Notes under the pieces: generated by a model | The model's database searches: none | What the model saw: only the letters and a program-made list of their open reading frames with translations | What the model was told of the DNA's origin: nothing | Source of the DNA: a virus | Virus genome (UHGV): UHGV-0313797 | Direction: 5' to 3' (one strand) | Length of the DNA stretch: 31,126 nt | Translations under genes and position numbers: made by a program | Shown here: positions 17,775 through 26,735 of the stretch, piece by piece | How positions within the stretch are numbered: the stretch's first letter is position 1 | How the letters are laid out: the number at the start of each line of letters is the position of its first letter

Positions 17775-18748
17775 TTATATATCAATAGAGTTTTGAAATT
17801 TTAATAACTGCCATCTTGTTAATAGTGGTTTTATTGCTATGTTGTGTTGGGTATTTATTTTTAAACCTTCGAATTTCGAATATCCATTTTCCAAGGCTTC
17901 CACTGAAAAATGAATGGTTTTTGTTATCGGGTTTATAGCACAAAGATTTAGGTTATATAAAGTATGAATGTCACTTCTGAGCAATAATCCATTGCTAATA
18001 TGATTGTGACTATCGTTTCGATATACATTAATGTGAGCAGCATCAAGAATATCAACAAGCTTACAGCCCATAACCGCACAAGTAGGATTTGATTTTAATA
18101 GCTGGTCGCGAAATGTTTTTTGCCCACTTCGTTGTTTTATTTGCCGTTCTACAATTTGCCGTTGATCTTCACCCATTAAAGTGGGGGTGTCTTTATCAGC
18201 TTCGCTGGCGTTGAGCTCCAGAATAATAGTATGTTGGGCGGTAAGCAAAGCAACAGCCCATTGATAGTTAACTTCTTGGATGGACATTTGCCCATTGTAG
18301 CGTGGAGTTTCATCTATAAATTGTGACATTGTAATATTGGATAATTTACGGTACTGGTTGCCGCAGTATGCTATAAATTCTTTAGCTGGCTCAAAAACCA
18401 CTCTGGGTTCATCAAATTCATGGCCATTATCACAACGCCACTCTGATTTTATAGTTTTCCTTTGAAGAATTTTTTTGCTTTGCAGTCTAGGTTAATACAT
18501 TTGTTACGCTTCTTATTAATGCTCTGTGTTTCTAATTTTTCAATAACAGATATACCTAAAATATTTTCTCTGTTGGTAATAATAATAATATCACCGTCTT
18601 TTACATTTTTGTGGTTCGCTACAAAACTGTCATAGCGATAGAAAACTGATGAGTCATCGGGATAACTATCATTTCCCCAGTATCTAAGATCGTCTTTCTC
18701 AATTGCCTTAAAAAAAACCATACTTGCTGTACCATGAACTTTTCCCAC
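17775..18748 (-). pseudogene. HNH-family endonuclease (HNH_2-like) split by a frameshift in a homopolymer tract
   Basis: Two consecutive minus-strand ORFs (18449..18748 and 17775..18401) overlap in different frames around a run of 7 A (minus strand) at 18470-18476; one extra A would fuse them into about 320 aa. Downstream part has CAVMGCKLVDILDAAHINVYRNDSHNHISNGLLLRSDIHTLYNLN (C..C...AHI....SNGL.L...H..Y), the signature of McrA-like HNH nucleases. Confidence 0.6.
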
Positions 18749-18805
18749 TAATCAAATTTTGGTTTGTTCTATCGAACAGCAAAGCATGTTGATATACAAG
18801 AGAAA

Positions 18806-19837
18806 TCATCCCAAAGAATATGGCTCAAATCGCAAAATTTTTTGTTCTAACCAGTCATTTACTTCACGCATCCTTTTTTGCAACGGTAATAATTCATTTC
18901 GCACAAACACATTTGCCGCCTTCTCCACATCCCCAAACCCCCCAACATTGCTAGGCATTATCCCCATCATTTGTGGTGGCACACGATGCGCTGCCATCAT
19001 GTCATCCCGACTCACGTTCTTGATGTTAAGAAATTCATCCTTCGCTGCGACTTCTGATAGCGGGATAATCTGAAGCCCGTCTTTTTTGCCGTTAGGCGAG
19101 TACATAAACAGGTTGCGGAAGTTACCCGGACCTTTGGCACTTTTCATCGCGTTGCGGAGGTTGTTTACATCCTCCTGGTTCTGCGCGGCGTCGGTCATGT
19201 ACATGATGAAGCCTGCATGACTGCCGTTGATGTAATACTTACGGCGGAACAGCGTGGCGGACTCATTGAGCAGGGCGGACGGAATGGCAGAAAGATAGCC
19301 GGGCAGGCCGTAGATCTCTTGGTTAATGTCCGGTTCCATCAGATGAAAAATGCTGCCTTTCGTGAACTGATACGGCTGGGTTGTCATACCGTATTGCACA
19401 AACCAGTAGGTATTCAGGTCTAACCCGCGTCGGGTGTATTTTGCCAGAGCAGGCTCAAGGGCGATAACTTCACCGAAGCGGTTCGTGCGTTTCTCCAGGT
19501 AGGCGTTACCAAATACCAGATAGTCCTGCACAAAACGTGAAAAAGCCTGCTGGCTGAGCAGCGGGTGAGGGATGTAGGTACTGGTCAGAATGTTGCATTT
19601 CACCGCAATTGGTGAACTGTGATGCACGGCGGCGCGGAAGGTGCGCGCCAGTCCGTCAAAACTCACTGGCGGCTCATACCAGCGATCTGTCTGTACGCAT
19701 TCCACATAGTCCAGTAGTTCACGGCGGTCCAGAACCGGAACGGGATCGCCGAAGCTGAATGCTTCGGCTGAAGTCTGGTTTTTATGCTGGGTCTGTTTCG
19801 TCGCCGCAGCGAGGTTCTTCTTACTCTTTCCCATCAA
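18806..19837 (-). CDS. Q: Portal protein, P2 gpQ family
   Basis: 343 aa (P2 gpQ is about 344 aa); start overlaps the stop of the upstream terminase gene; position and orientation as in P2. Confidence 0.9.
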   Translation of the reverse strand: MMGKSKKNLAAATKQTQHKNQTSAEAFSFGDPVPVLDRRELLDYVECVQTDRWYEPPVSFDGLARTFRAAVHHSSPIAVKCNILTSTYIPHPLLSQQAFSRFVQDYLVFGNAYLEKRTNRFGEVIALEPALAKYTRRGLDLNTYWFVQYGMTTQPYQFTKGSIFHLMEPDINQEIYGLPGYLSAIPSALLNESATLFRRKYYINGSHAGFIMYMTDAAQNQEDVNNLRNAMKSAKGPGNFRNLFMYSPNGKKDGLQIIPLSEVAAKDEFLNIKNVSRDDMMAAHRVPPQMMGIMPSNVGGFGDVEKAANVFVRNELLPLQKRMREVNDWLEQKILRFEPYSLG

Positions 19838-21600
19838 AAAATCTCCACAATATTGCTGGTATTGGCGGACTCGCCCTGCAGCGGTTCGTTAAACAGTGCG
19901 TGCATTGTTGCCCAGGCCAGATCGGCATGGCTGGCTTCTTCGCTGCGGCTGGCTTCATAGGTCGGGCGGTTGCCGCTGGCGGTGGTGGCGCGACGGATTG
20001 CCATGAATGACTGCGCAATGTCGGTGTGCCCGGCGTCAAACTCAAGACGGCGGTGGCTGATAATGTCGTAGGCCTTGAGTACCAGGGCGTTTTTAACGTT
20101 GGGGTTGTAGACAAACTCCCGGACGGCAGGAAAAAACGCTTTCACGTTCTCGTAAACCCCGTGACCAACGCCGGTTGAGTCGATGCCGATATAGGTCACG
20201 TTGTACTGTTCGGTCAGTTTTTTGATGGCGTCAGCCTGGGCGCGAAAGTCCATTCCGCGCCACTGGTGACGCTCAAGAATGCGGAACTTACCGCCTGGCA
20301 CGGCTGGCGGTGCCACCACCACGCATCCGGCGCTGTCGCCGTTCTGCGTACCTTTTGCCGGGTCATAACCGATCCACACTTCGCGCCAGCCAAACGGGCG
20401 CAGGGCCAGTGCATGAAAGTCGGTCCAGACTTCCCAGCTGTCCACCATGCACGCCTGCAATTCGCTGAGCGGGAACACGGACGCGAGATCGTCCACGAAC
20501 TCGCACATCAGCAGGTTCTGGTATTCGTCAGGGCTGTACTCCATGCGCAACTGGTCAAGGTCGAACAGGTTACAGCCGCCGCGCACCGCATCTTCCACGG
20601 TGACTATCTGGCGGTATTGCCCGTCTGCGCACAGCAGGCCGGGGGCCAGATTGCTGTGGGACAGGTCGATGTCCACCTTGTCAGCTTTGTTGCGCCCACG
20701 GTTGAACAGCGCACCGGACCAGAACGGATAAGCACTGTGGGTCAGACTGGATGGTGTGGAAAAATAGGTCTGCCGCCATTTCTTGTGAATAGCCATACCG
20801 GAAGCCACTTTGCGTAGCTCCTGAAATTTCGGTATCCAGAAATATTCATCCAGATACAGGTTGCCGTGATAACTCTGGGCCGTGCGGGCATTGGTGCCGA
20901 GGAAGTAAAGCGTGGCCCCGTTAGGAAGTACCATCGGATCGCCTTTCAGCTCCACCTCCACTTCTTTGGCGAAGTCGATGATGTACTGCTTAAAGACGTG
21001 GGCCTGTGCCTTACTGGCGGAAAGGAAAATCTGGTTACGCCCGGTAAGCAGGGCGTCAATCAGGGCTTCACGGGCAAAGTAAAAGGTCGCGCCGATCTGG
21101 CGTGACTTCAGCAGGTTGCGGATGCGGTTGGTTTTTCCAGCTTCCCACCAGTGGCGCTGGTAGTTGAACATGGAGGAATGGAAGATTTCTTCCAGTTTCT
21201 CAATCTGTTCATCGGTGAAGACATTTTTTTCCGGCTGACGGCGCGGGCCTTTGTTGCGGTTGGCGACGTTAGGATTTAAGTCGGCTTCGTTGCCGCCATT
21301 GTTAAACTTGCCGATCCGCGCGTGGCGCTCAGACTGGCGCGCCAGCAGGTCAATCTCTTTGAAATCTTTCCCTTCTTTGTGCTCCTTCATAATGAGCTGG
21401 CAGTAGCGTGCGGCGGTGGTGAGCTGCATCTGATCCAGCGGCCCATAGTCACCCCACTTGTCGCGTTTTTTCCAGCTGTGAACGGTTGCAACTTTCTCGC
21501 CCAGCATTTCAGCAATGCGGGCTACGCGGTATCCCTGAAAGTACAGCAGCATGGCCTGCCGACGGGGATCGAGATCTGCGGGTGTCAGTGTGGTGTTCAT
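19834..21600 (-). CDS. P: Terminase large (ATPase) subunit, P2 gpP family
   Basis: 588 aa (P2 gpP is about 590 aa); divergent from the scaffold gene across the late promoter region, as in P2. Confidence 0.9.
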   Translation of the reverse strand: MNTTLTPADLDPRRQAMLLYFQGYRVARIAEMLGEKVATVHSWKKRDKWGDYGPLDQMQLTTAARYCQLIMKEHKEGKDFKEIDLLARQSERHARIGKFNNGGNEADLNPNVANRNKGPRRQPEKNVFTDEQIEKLEEIFHSSMFNYQRHWWEAGKTNRIRNLLKSRQIGATFYFAREALIDALLTGRNQIFLSASKAQAHVFKQYIIDFAKEVEVELKGDPMVLPNGATLYFLGTNARTAQSYHGNLYLDEYFWIPKFQELRKVASGMAIHKKWRQTYFSTPSSLTHSAYPFWSGALFNRGRNKADKVDIDLSHSNLAPGLLCADGQYRQIVTVEDAVRGGCNLFDLDQLRMEYSPDEYQNLLMCEFVDDLASVFPLSELQACMVDSWEVWTDFHALALRPFGWREVWIGYDPAKGTQNGDSAGCVVVAPPAVPGGKFRILERHQWRGMDFRAQADAIKKLTEQYNVTYIGIDSTGVGHGVYENVKAFFPAVREFVYNPNVKNALVLKAYDIISHRRLEFDAGHTDIAQSFMAIRRATTASGNRPTYEASRSEEASHADLAWATMHALFNEPLQGESANTSNIVEIF

Positions 21601-21646
21601 GGCACAAACCTACAGCCTTGAATGAAGGCTTTCCCCGCCTGCGGTT

Positions 21647-21664
21647 TGTGTGGTTGTCGGTACA
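21647..21664. promoter_or_regulatory. Candidate late-promoter activator site (Ogr/Delta-type dyad) for the O operon
   Basis: TGT-N12-ACA (TGTGTGGTTGTCGGTACA) about 80-95 bp upstream of the O start codon, the dyad pattern recognised by P2-family late activators. Confidence 0.45.
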
Positions 21665-21742
21665 AATACCGCGCATTGTTTCACTGCCCCCATCACCGCA
21701 ACCATAAGGCTCCAGTAAGTTTTTTCTAACGGAGCACGGCTC

Positions 21743-22576
21743 ATGACAGTGAAAGCAAAGCGTTTTCGCATCGGGGTGGAAGGTGCCACCACCGACGGAC
21801 GCGAAATCCAGCGTGAATGGCTGGAACAGATGGCAGCCAGCTACAACCCGGCGGTGTATACCGCGCTGATTAACCTTGAGCACATCAAGTCTTATCTGCC
21901 GGACAGCACCTTTAACCGCTACGGCAAGGTGACGGCGCTGTTTGCTGAAGAAATCACGGAAGGTCCACTGGCAGGCAAGATGGCGCTGTATGCCGACGTT
22001 GAGCCAACGGAGTCCCTGGTGGAGCTGGTGAAAAAAGGCCAGAAATTATTCACCTCTATGGAAGTCAGCCCGAAGTTCGCTGATACGGGCAAAGCCTACT
22101 TGGTTGGCCTGGCTGCCACTGATGACCCTGCCAGTCTGGGCACTGAAATGCTGACATTCAGCGCCAGTGCAGCTCATAACCCGCTGGCAAACCGCAAGCA
22201 GAATCCTGCAAATCTCTTTACCGCTGCAGAGGAAACGGTGATCGAACTGGAAGAAATCCAGGATGACAAACCGTCCCTGTTTGCCCGTGTCACGGCGTTG
22301 TTTACCAAAAAAGAGCAGTCCGATGACGCCCGGTTCTCTGATGTGCATAAGGCCGTGGAGCTGGTCGCCACTGAGCAGCAGAACCTGAACGCACGCACCG
22401 AAAAATCCCTGTCTGAGCAGGAAGAACGCCTGTCTGAGCTGGAGACTGCCCTGCAGGCACAGCAAACCGCCTTTAACGAACTGGTGGACAAGCTGAGTCA
22501 TGAAGACAGCCGCCAGGACTACCGCCAGCGTGCAACAGGCGGTAACGCCCCCGCTGACACTCTGACCAATTGCTGA
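21743..22576 (+). CDS. O: Capsid scaffolding protein, P2 gpO family
   Basis: 277 aa, first gene of the rightward late operon; acidic coiled-coil C-terminal half typical of gpO. Confidence 0.85.
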   Translation: MTVKAKRFRIGVEGATTDGREIQREWLEQMAASYNPAVYTALINLEHIKSYLPDSTFNRYGKVTALFAEEITEGPLAGKMALYADVEPTESLVELVKKGQKLFTSMEVSPKFADTGKAYLVGLAATDDPASLGTEMLTFSASAAHNPLANRKQNPANLFTAAEETVIELEEIQDDKPSLFARVTALFTKKEQSDDARFSDVHKAVELVATEQQNLNARTEKSLSEQEERLSELETALQAQQTAFNELVDKLSHEDSRQDYRQRATGGNAPADTLTNC

Positions 22577-22592
22577 TGGAGCACAAAACCCG

Positions 22593-23651
22593 ATGAAGAA
22601 GAATACCCGCTTTGCTTTTAACGCTTACCTGCAGCAGCTGGCGCGTCTGAACGGTGTGGCAGTTGAAGAACTGTCCAGCAAATTCACTGTGGAGCCGTCT
22701 GTGCAGCAGACGCTGGAAGACCAGATCCAGCAGTCCGCCGCTTTCCTGACGCTGATTAACGTCACGCCAGTGACTGAGCAGTCCGGTCAGCTGCTGGGGC
22801 TGGGTGTTGGCAGCACCATTGCCGGAACCACTGACACCACCGCGAAAGAGCGTGAACCTGTCGACCCGACGCTGATGGTCGATGTGGAATATAAATGCGA
22901 GCAGACCAACTTTGACACGGTGCTGACCTACGCGAAGCTGGACCTGTGGGCGAAGTTTCAGGATTTCCAGGTGCGTATCCGTGACGCCATCGTGAAACGT
23001 CAGGCACTGGACCGCATCATGATCGGCTTTAACGGCGTGAAGCGTGCGAAAACCTCCAACCGTAGTGAAAACCCGCTGCTGCAGGATGTGAACAAAGGCT
23101 GGCTGCAGAAAATCCGTGAGGATGCACCGGATCACGTCATGGGCAGCACCACCACGGGCGGCGAAACCACACCGGGTGCGGTGAAAGTCGGGAAAGGTGG
23201 CGAATATGCCAACCTGGACGCTGTGGTGATGGATGCGGTCAATGAGCTTATCGACGTGGTCTACCAGGACGATGACGATCTGGTGGTGATTTGCGGTCGT
23301 GAACTGCTGTCTGACAAGTATTTCCCGCTGGTCAACAAAGAGCAGGAGAACAGTGAAAAACTGGCTGCCGATATGATCATCAGCCAGAAACGTATGGGTG
23401 GCCTGCAGGCGGTGCGTGCGCCGTTCTTCCCGCCGAATGCGCTGCTGATCACCCGTCTGGATAACCTGTCCATCTACTGGCAGGAAGATACCCGCCGCCG
23501 TTCAGTTATCGACAACCCGAAACGTGACAGGATTGAAAATTTTGAATCCGTTAACGAAGCCTATGTGGTTGAGGACTATCGCTGCGCTGCACTGGTGGAA
23601 AACATCCAGATTGGTGACTTCAGCGCCGCCGTAGCAGAAACCGGAGCGTAA
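22593..23651 (+). CDS. N: Major capsid protein, P2 gpN family
   Basis: 352 aa; sequence closely parallels P2 gpN as I recall it (…FNAYL…KFTVEPSV…, GFNGVKRA, VKVGKGG, ISQKR.G.L.AVR). Confidence 0.9.
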   Translation: MKKNTRFAFNAYLQQLARLNGVAVEELSSKFTVEPSVQQTLEDQIQQSAAFLTLINVTPVTEQSGQLLGLGVGSTIAGTTDTTAKEREPVDPTLMVDVEYKCEQTNFDTVLTYAKLDLWAKFQDFQVRIRDAIVKRQALDRIMIGFNGVKRAKTSNRSENPLLQDVNKGWLQKIREDAPDHVMGSTTTGGETTPGAVKVGKGGEYANLDAVVMDAVNELIDVVYQDDDDLVVICGRELLSDKYFPLVNKEQENSEKLAADMIISQKRMGGLQAVRAPFFPPNALLITRLDNLSIYWQEDTRRRSVIDNPKRDRIENFESVNEAYVVEDYRCAALVENIQIGDFSAAVAETGA

Positions 23652-23654
23652 TTC

Positions 23655-24305
23655 ATGAGCCTGAGTCCCGCACGGCAGCATCGCCTGCGCGTTCAGGCTG
23701 AACAGGCCGCTCGCGAGGGTGGCAGTGTTCGCCACGCGTCGGGCTATGACCTGATGCTGCTGCAACTGGCGGAAGACCGCCGCCGTCTCAAGGGCGTTCA
23801 GTCCACGGTCAAAAAAGCGGAAATCAAGGTGGAGCTGCTGCCGAAGTACGCCGCCTGGGCGGAGGGTGTCCTGGCTGCCGGAGGCGCTCAACAGGATGAC
23901 GTGCTGATGTACGTGATGCTGTGGCGCATTGATGCCGGAGATTATGCCGGGGCGCTGGAGATCGGGCGTCACGCCCTGCGTCATGGCTGGGTGATGCCGT
24001 TAGGTAACCGCAACGTGCAGACCGTGCTGGCAGAGGAAATGGCAGACGCGGCGCAGAGCGCAATGCTTGCCGCCACCGGCTTTGATGCTGATCTGTTGCT
24101 GCAGACGCTGGAGCTGACAGACGGTCTGGATATGCCGGACCAGTCACGGGCACGTCTGCATAAAGCGATTGGCGCTGTCCTGAGTGAAAGCAATCCGGCT
24201 TCCGCCCTTAATCATCTTAACCATGCGTTACAGCTCGATCCCCGCTGTGGCGTGAAAAAAGACAAACAGCAGCTGGAGCGCAGGCTGCGCAATGACAGCC
24301 GCTGA
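23655..24305 (+). CDS. M: Terminase small (endonuclease) subunit, P2 gpM family
   Basis: 216 aa directly after the capsid gene; conserved order Q-P / O-N-M. Confidence 0.8.
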   Translation: MSLSPARQHRLRVQAEQAAREGGSVRHASGYDLMLLQLAEDRRRLKGVQSTVKKAEIKVELLPKYAAWAEGVLAAGGAQQDDVLMYVMLWRIDAGDYAGALEIGRHALRHGWVMPLGNRNVQTVLAEEMADAAQSAMLAATGFDADLLLQTLELTDGLDMPDQSRARLHKAIGAVLSESNPASALNHLNHALQLDPRCGVKKDKQQLERRLRNDSR

Positions 24306-24400
24306 CAGAACGTGCCCCCGCGCACGGGCGGCACGGGGTGGCGAAAGGCACTGCCACATCAAAACCCCGTCCACCGCCCTTTATTTCAGGAGAAAGCAGC

Positions 24401-24865
24401 ATGAAGTTTGTTGCGCCAGAACAGGCACCGGAACAGGCGGAAATCATCAGGAATACGCCGTTCTGGCCTGATGTGGACCTGTCGGAGTTTCGCAGCGTGA
24501 TGCGCACTGACGGCACGGTGACGCAGCCGCGTTTAAAGCAGGTTGCGCTGTCGGCAATTTCGGAGGTCAACGCAGAGCTGTATGAGTTTCGCAGACGCCA
24601 GCAGATGCTGGGGTATGCCTCGCTGGCAGAGGTTCCGGCGGAACAGCTGGACGGCAAAAGTGAGCGCATTCAGCACTATTTCAACGCGGTTTACTGCTGG
24701 GCACGCGCCATGCTCAACGAACGTTACCAGGACTATGACGCCACGGCGTCCGGTGTGAAGCGGGGCGAGGAACTGGCGGAAGCAAGCGGTGATTTGTGGC
24801 GTGACGCCCGCTGGGCCATCAGCCGGGTGCAGGATGCGCCGCACTGCACAGTGGAGCTTATCTGA
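24401..24865 (+). CDS. L: Head completion/stabilization protein, P2 gpL family
   Basis: ORF 24338..24865 trimmed to the ATG after AGGAGAAAG (MKFVAPEQ...); position after M. Confidence 0.75.
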   Translation: MKFVAPEQAPEQAEIIRNTPFWPDVDLSEFRSVMRTDGTVTQPRLKQVALSAISEVNAELYEFRRRQQMLGYASLAEVPAEQLDGKSERIQHYFNAVYCWARAMLNERYQDYDATASGVKRGEELAEASGDLWRDARWAISRVQDAPHCTVELI

Positions 24866-25068
24866 TGAAAGTGCGTGCGTATCAGTATGACACGGTGGAC
24901 GCGCTTTGCTGGCGTCATTACGGGCGCACGCAGGGTGTCACGGAGCAGGTACTGAAGGCAAATCCGGGGCTTGCCGAATACGGCCCCTTTTTACCTCACG
25001 GGCTGCAGGTGGAGCTGCCGGACATTCCGACCACCACCACCGTGCAGACCGTCCAGCTATGGGACTGA
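24865..25068 (+). CDS. X: Tail protein X, P2 gpX family
   Basis: 67 aa (same length as P2 gpX); MKVRAYQYDTVDALCWRHYGRT...ANPGLAEYGPFLPHG parallels gpX; start overlaps the L stop. Confidence 0.8.
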   Translation: MKVRAYQYDTVDALCWRHYGRTQGVTEQVLKANPGLAEYGPFLPHGLQVELPDIPTTTTVQTVQLWD

Positions 25069-25071
25069 ATT

Positions 25072-25287
25072 ATGACGCTTGAGCGAATCAGCGCCTTTAT
25101 CACGTATTGCATCGCCGTCGTGCTGGCCTGGCTGGGTGATTTGTCCATCAAGGATGCCTCAACGCTGGGCGGCCTGATGATTGGTGTGCTGATGCTGGCT
25201 ATCAACTGGTACTACAAACACAAAGCCTACCAGCTTCTGCGCGACGGGCAGATCTCGCGGGAGGACTATGAATCCATCAATCGTTAA
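25072..25287 (+). CDS. Holin (two predicted TM helices; pinholin-like)
   Basis: 71 aa with hydrophobic stretches ISAFITYCIAVVLAWLG and LGGLMIGVLMLAINWYY and a charged C-terminus; immediately precedes the endolysin. Confidence 0.6.
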   Translation: MTLERISAFITYCIAVVLAWLGDLSIKDASTLGGLMIGVLMLAINWYYKHKAYQLLRDGQISREDYESINR

Positions 25288-25783
25288 ACGCTGCCTTGTC
25301 GGGACCGTGCTGGCTATTACTGCCACGCTGCCGGGTTTTCAGCAGCTTCACACCTCCGTGGAGGGGCTGAAACTGATTGCTGATTACGAAGGCTGTCGTC
25401 TGCAGCCGTATCAGTGCAGCGCGGGTGTCTGGACCGACGGCATTGGTAATACATCGGGTGTCATTCCCGGCAAAACAATCACGGAACGACAGGCAGCAGA
25501 AGGGCTGATCTCCAACGTGCTGCGTGTGGAGCGGGCGCTGGAAAGGTGTGTGAAGCAACAGCCGCCACAAAAGGTGTATGACTCGGTGGTGTCGTTTGCC
25601 TTCAACGTGGGAACGGGCAATGCCTGCAGTTCCACGCTGGTGAAATTACTCAATCAGCGGCGCTGGGCGGATGCGTGCCGACAGTTGCCGCGCTGGGTTT
25701 ATGTAAAAGGTGTGTTTAATCAGGGGCTGGATAACCGCCGTGCGCGGGAGATGGCCTGGTGCCTTAAAGGAGCTGGACTATGA
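25268..25783 (+). CDS. SAR endolysin (T4-lysozyme-fold muramidase with an N-terminal signal-anchor-release domain), P1 Lyz-like
   Basis: N-terminal weakly hydrophobic Gly/Ala/Thr-rich segment with a Cys (KRCLVGTVLAITATLPG), then EGCRLQPYQCSAGVWTDGIGNTSG, matching the E-x8-(D/C)-x5-T catalytic triad spacing and the cysteine pattern of P1 Lyz. Confidence 0.8.
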   Translation: MNPSIVKRCLVGTVLAITATLPGFQQLHTSVEGLKLIADYEGCRLQPYQCSAGVWTDGIGNTSGVIPGKTITERQAAEGLISNVLRVERALERCVKQQPPQKVYDSVVSFAFNVGTGNACSSTLVKLLNQRRWADACRQLPRWVYVKGVFNQGLDNRRAREMAWCLKGAGL

Positions 25784-26208
25784 CGCGTGCGTTGGCAGTA
25801 GTGGTGGCGCTGGCACTCGTTGCGCTGGGCTGGCAGTCGTGGCGGCTTAACAGCGCCAGCCACACCATCGAAACGCAGCGCGCGGCGCTGAAAAGTAAAG
25901 CGCAAGAACTGACGAAGAAAAACAGCCAGCTGATCGGTCTGTCCATTCTGGCTGAAACCAACAACCGGGAGCAGGCGCGGCTCTACGCCGAAGCAGAACA
26001 GACCAGCGCACTGCTGAGACAACGACAACGCCGGATCGAGGAACTGAAATGTGAGAATGAGGATTTACGCCGCTGGGCTGATACTCCTTTGCCTGCTGAC
26101 ATTATCCGGCTGCGGGAACGTCCGGCACTCACCGGAGGTGCAGCTTACCGTCAGTGGTTGTCCGCGAGTGACGCCGTGTCGGCTGGAGCAGGCAGCGCCG
26201 CGCACTAA
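25780..26208 (+). CDS. Inner-membrane spanin (Rz / LysB-like)
   Basis: 142 aa; N-terminal TM segment (ALAVVVALALVALGW) followed by a coiled-coil-like periplasmic region; start overlaps the endolysin stop. Confidence 0.7.
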   Translation: MTRALAVVVALALVALGWQSWRLNSASHTIETQRAALKSKAQELTKKNSQLIGLSILAETNNREQARLYAEAEQTSALLRQRQRRIEELKCENEDLRRWADTPLPADIIRLRERPALTGGAAYRQWLSASDAVSAGAGSAAH

Positions 26209-26341
26209 CGGTGATCTGAACGCATTGCTGGATGAAACGGAGGCCGCCTGGGCGGTCTGTGCAGACAAAGTGGACATGATTATTGCGTGTCAGGAGCGAA
26301 ACAGTGAACAAACCACAGTCCCTGCGCCACGCCCTCAATAA
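26051..26341 (+). CDS. Outer-membrane lipoprotein spanin (Rz1 / LysC-like), overlapping the 3' part of the Rz gene
   Basis: 96 aa with signal peptide and lipobox LTLSGC, Pro-rich C-terminus; begins inside the Rz gene in another frame. Confidence 0.65.
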   Translation: MRMRIYAAGLILLCLLTLSGCGNVRHSPEVQLTVSGCPRVTPCRLEQAAPRTNGDLNALLDETEAAWAVCADKVDMIIACQERNSEQTTVPAPRPQ

Positions 26342-26735
26342 AGCAGTGCCTTATGTCCGCAATAACCCGGACAAACTGCATCTGTTTGTGGATAACGGTT
26401 CGCTGGTTGCCACGGGGGCCAGCTCCATGTCATGGGAGTACCGTTATACCCTCAACGTGGTGATTGAGGATTTCAGCGGCGACCAGAATCTGCTGATGGC
26501 CCCGGTTTTGCTGTGGCTGCGTGATAACCAGCCCGATGCCATCAATAACCCGGCGTTACGGGAAAAACTATTCACCTTTGAGGTGGATATTTTGCGCAAC
26601 GATGTCTGTGATATCAGCCTTAACCTGCAACTGACGGAGCGTGTGCTGGTCAGCACTGACGGCAGTGTGTCGAGTGTTGAAGCTGTAGCGGAACCCGATG
26701 AACCTGAAGAAATGTGGACGGTGAAACGTGGCTGA
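26304..26735 (+). CDS. R: Tail completion protein, P2 gpR family
   Basis: ORF 26283..26735 trimmed to the GTG after GGAG; ...KPQSLRHALNKAV...FVDNGS...YTLNVVIEDFSGD...WLRDNQPD parallels P2 gpR. Confidence 0.75.
   Translation: MNKPQSLRHALNKAVPYVRNNPDKLHLFVDNGSLVATGASSMSWEYRYTLNVVIEDFSGDQNLLMAPVLLWLRDNQPDAINNPALREKLFTFEVDILRNDVCDISLNLQLTERVLVSTDGSVSSVEAVAEPDEPEEMWTVKRG

Noticed and set aside
20266-20817. 183-aa ORF on the plus strand inside the terminase gene; similar antisense ORFs at 22473-23135, 23502-23984, 24217-24669, 27255-27776, 28533-28970 and 29095-29733
   Set aside because: All lie entirely within well-supported late genes on the opposite strand, lack ribosome-binding sites, and have Arg/Ala/Gly/Pro-rich low-complexity translations typical of antisense frames in GC-rich coding DNA.
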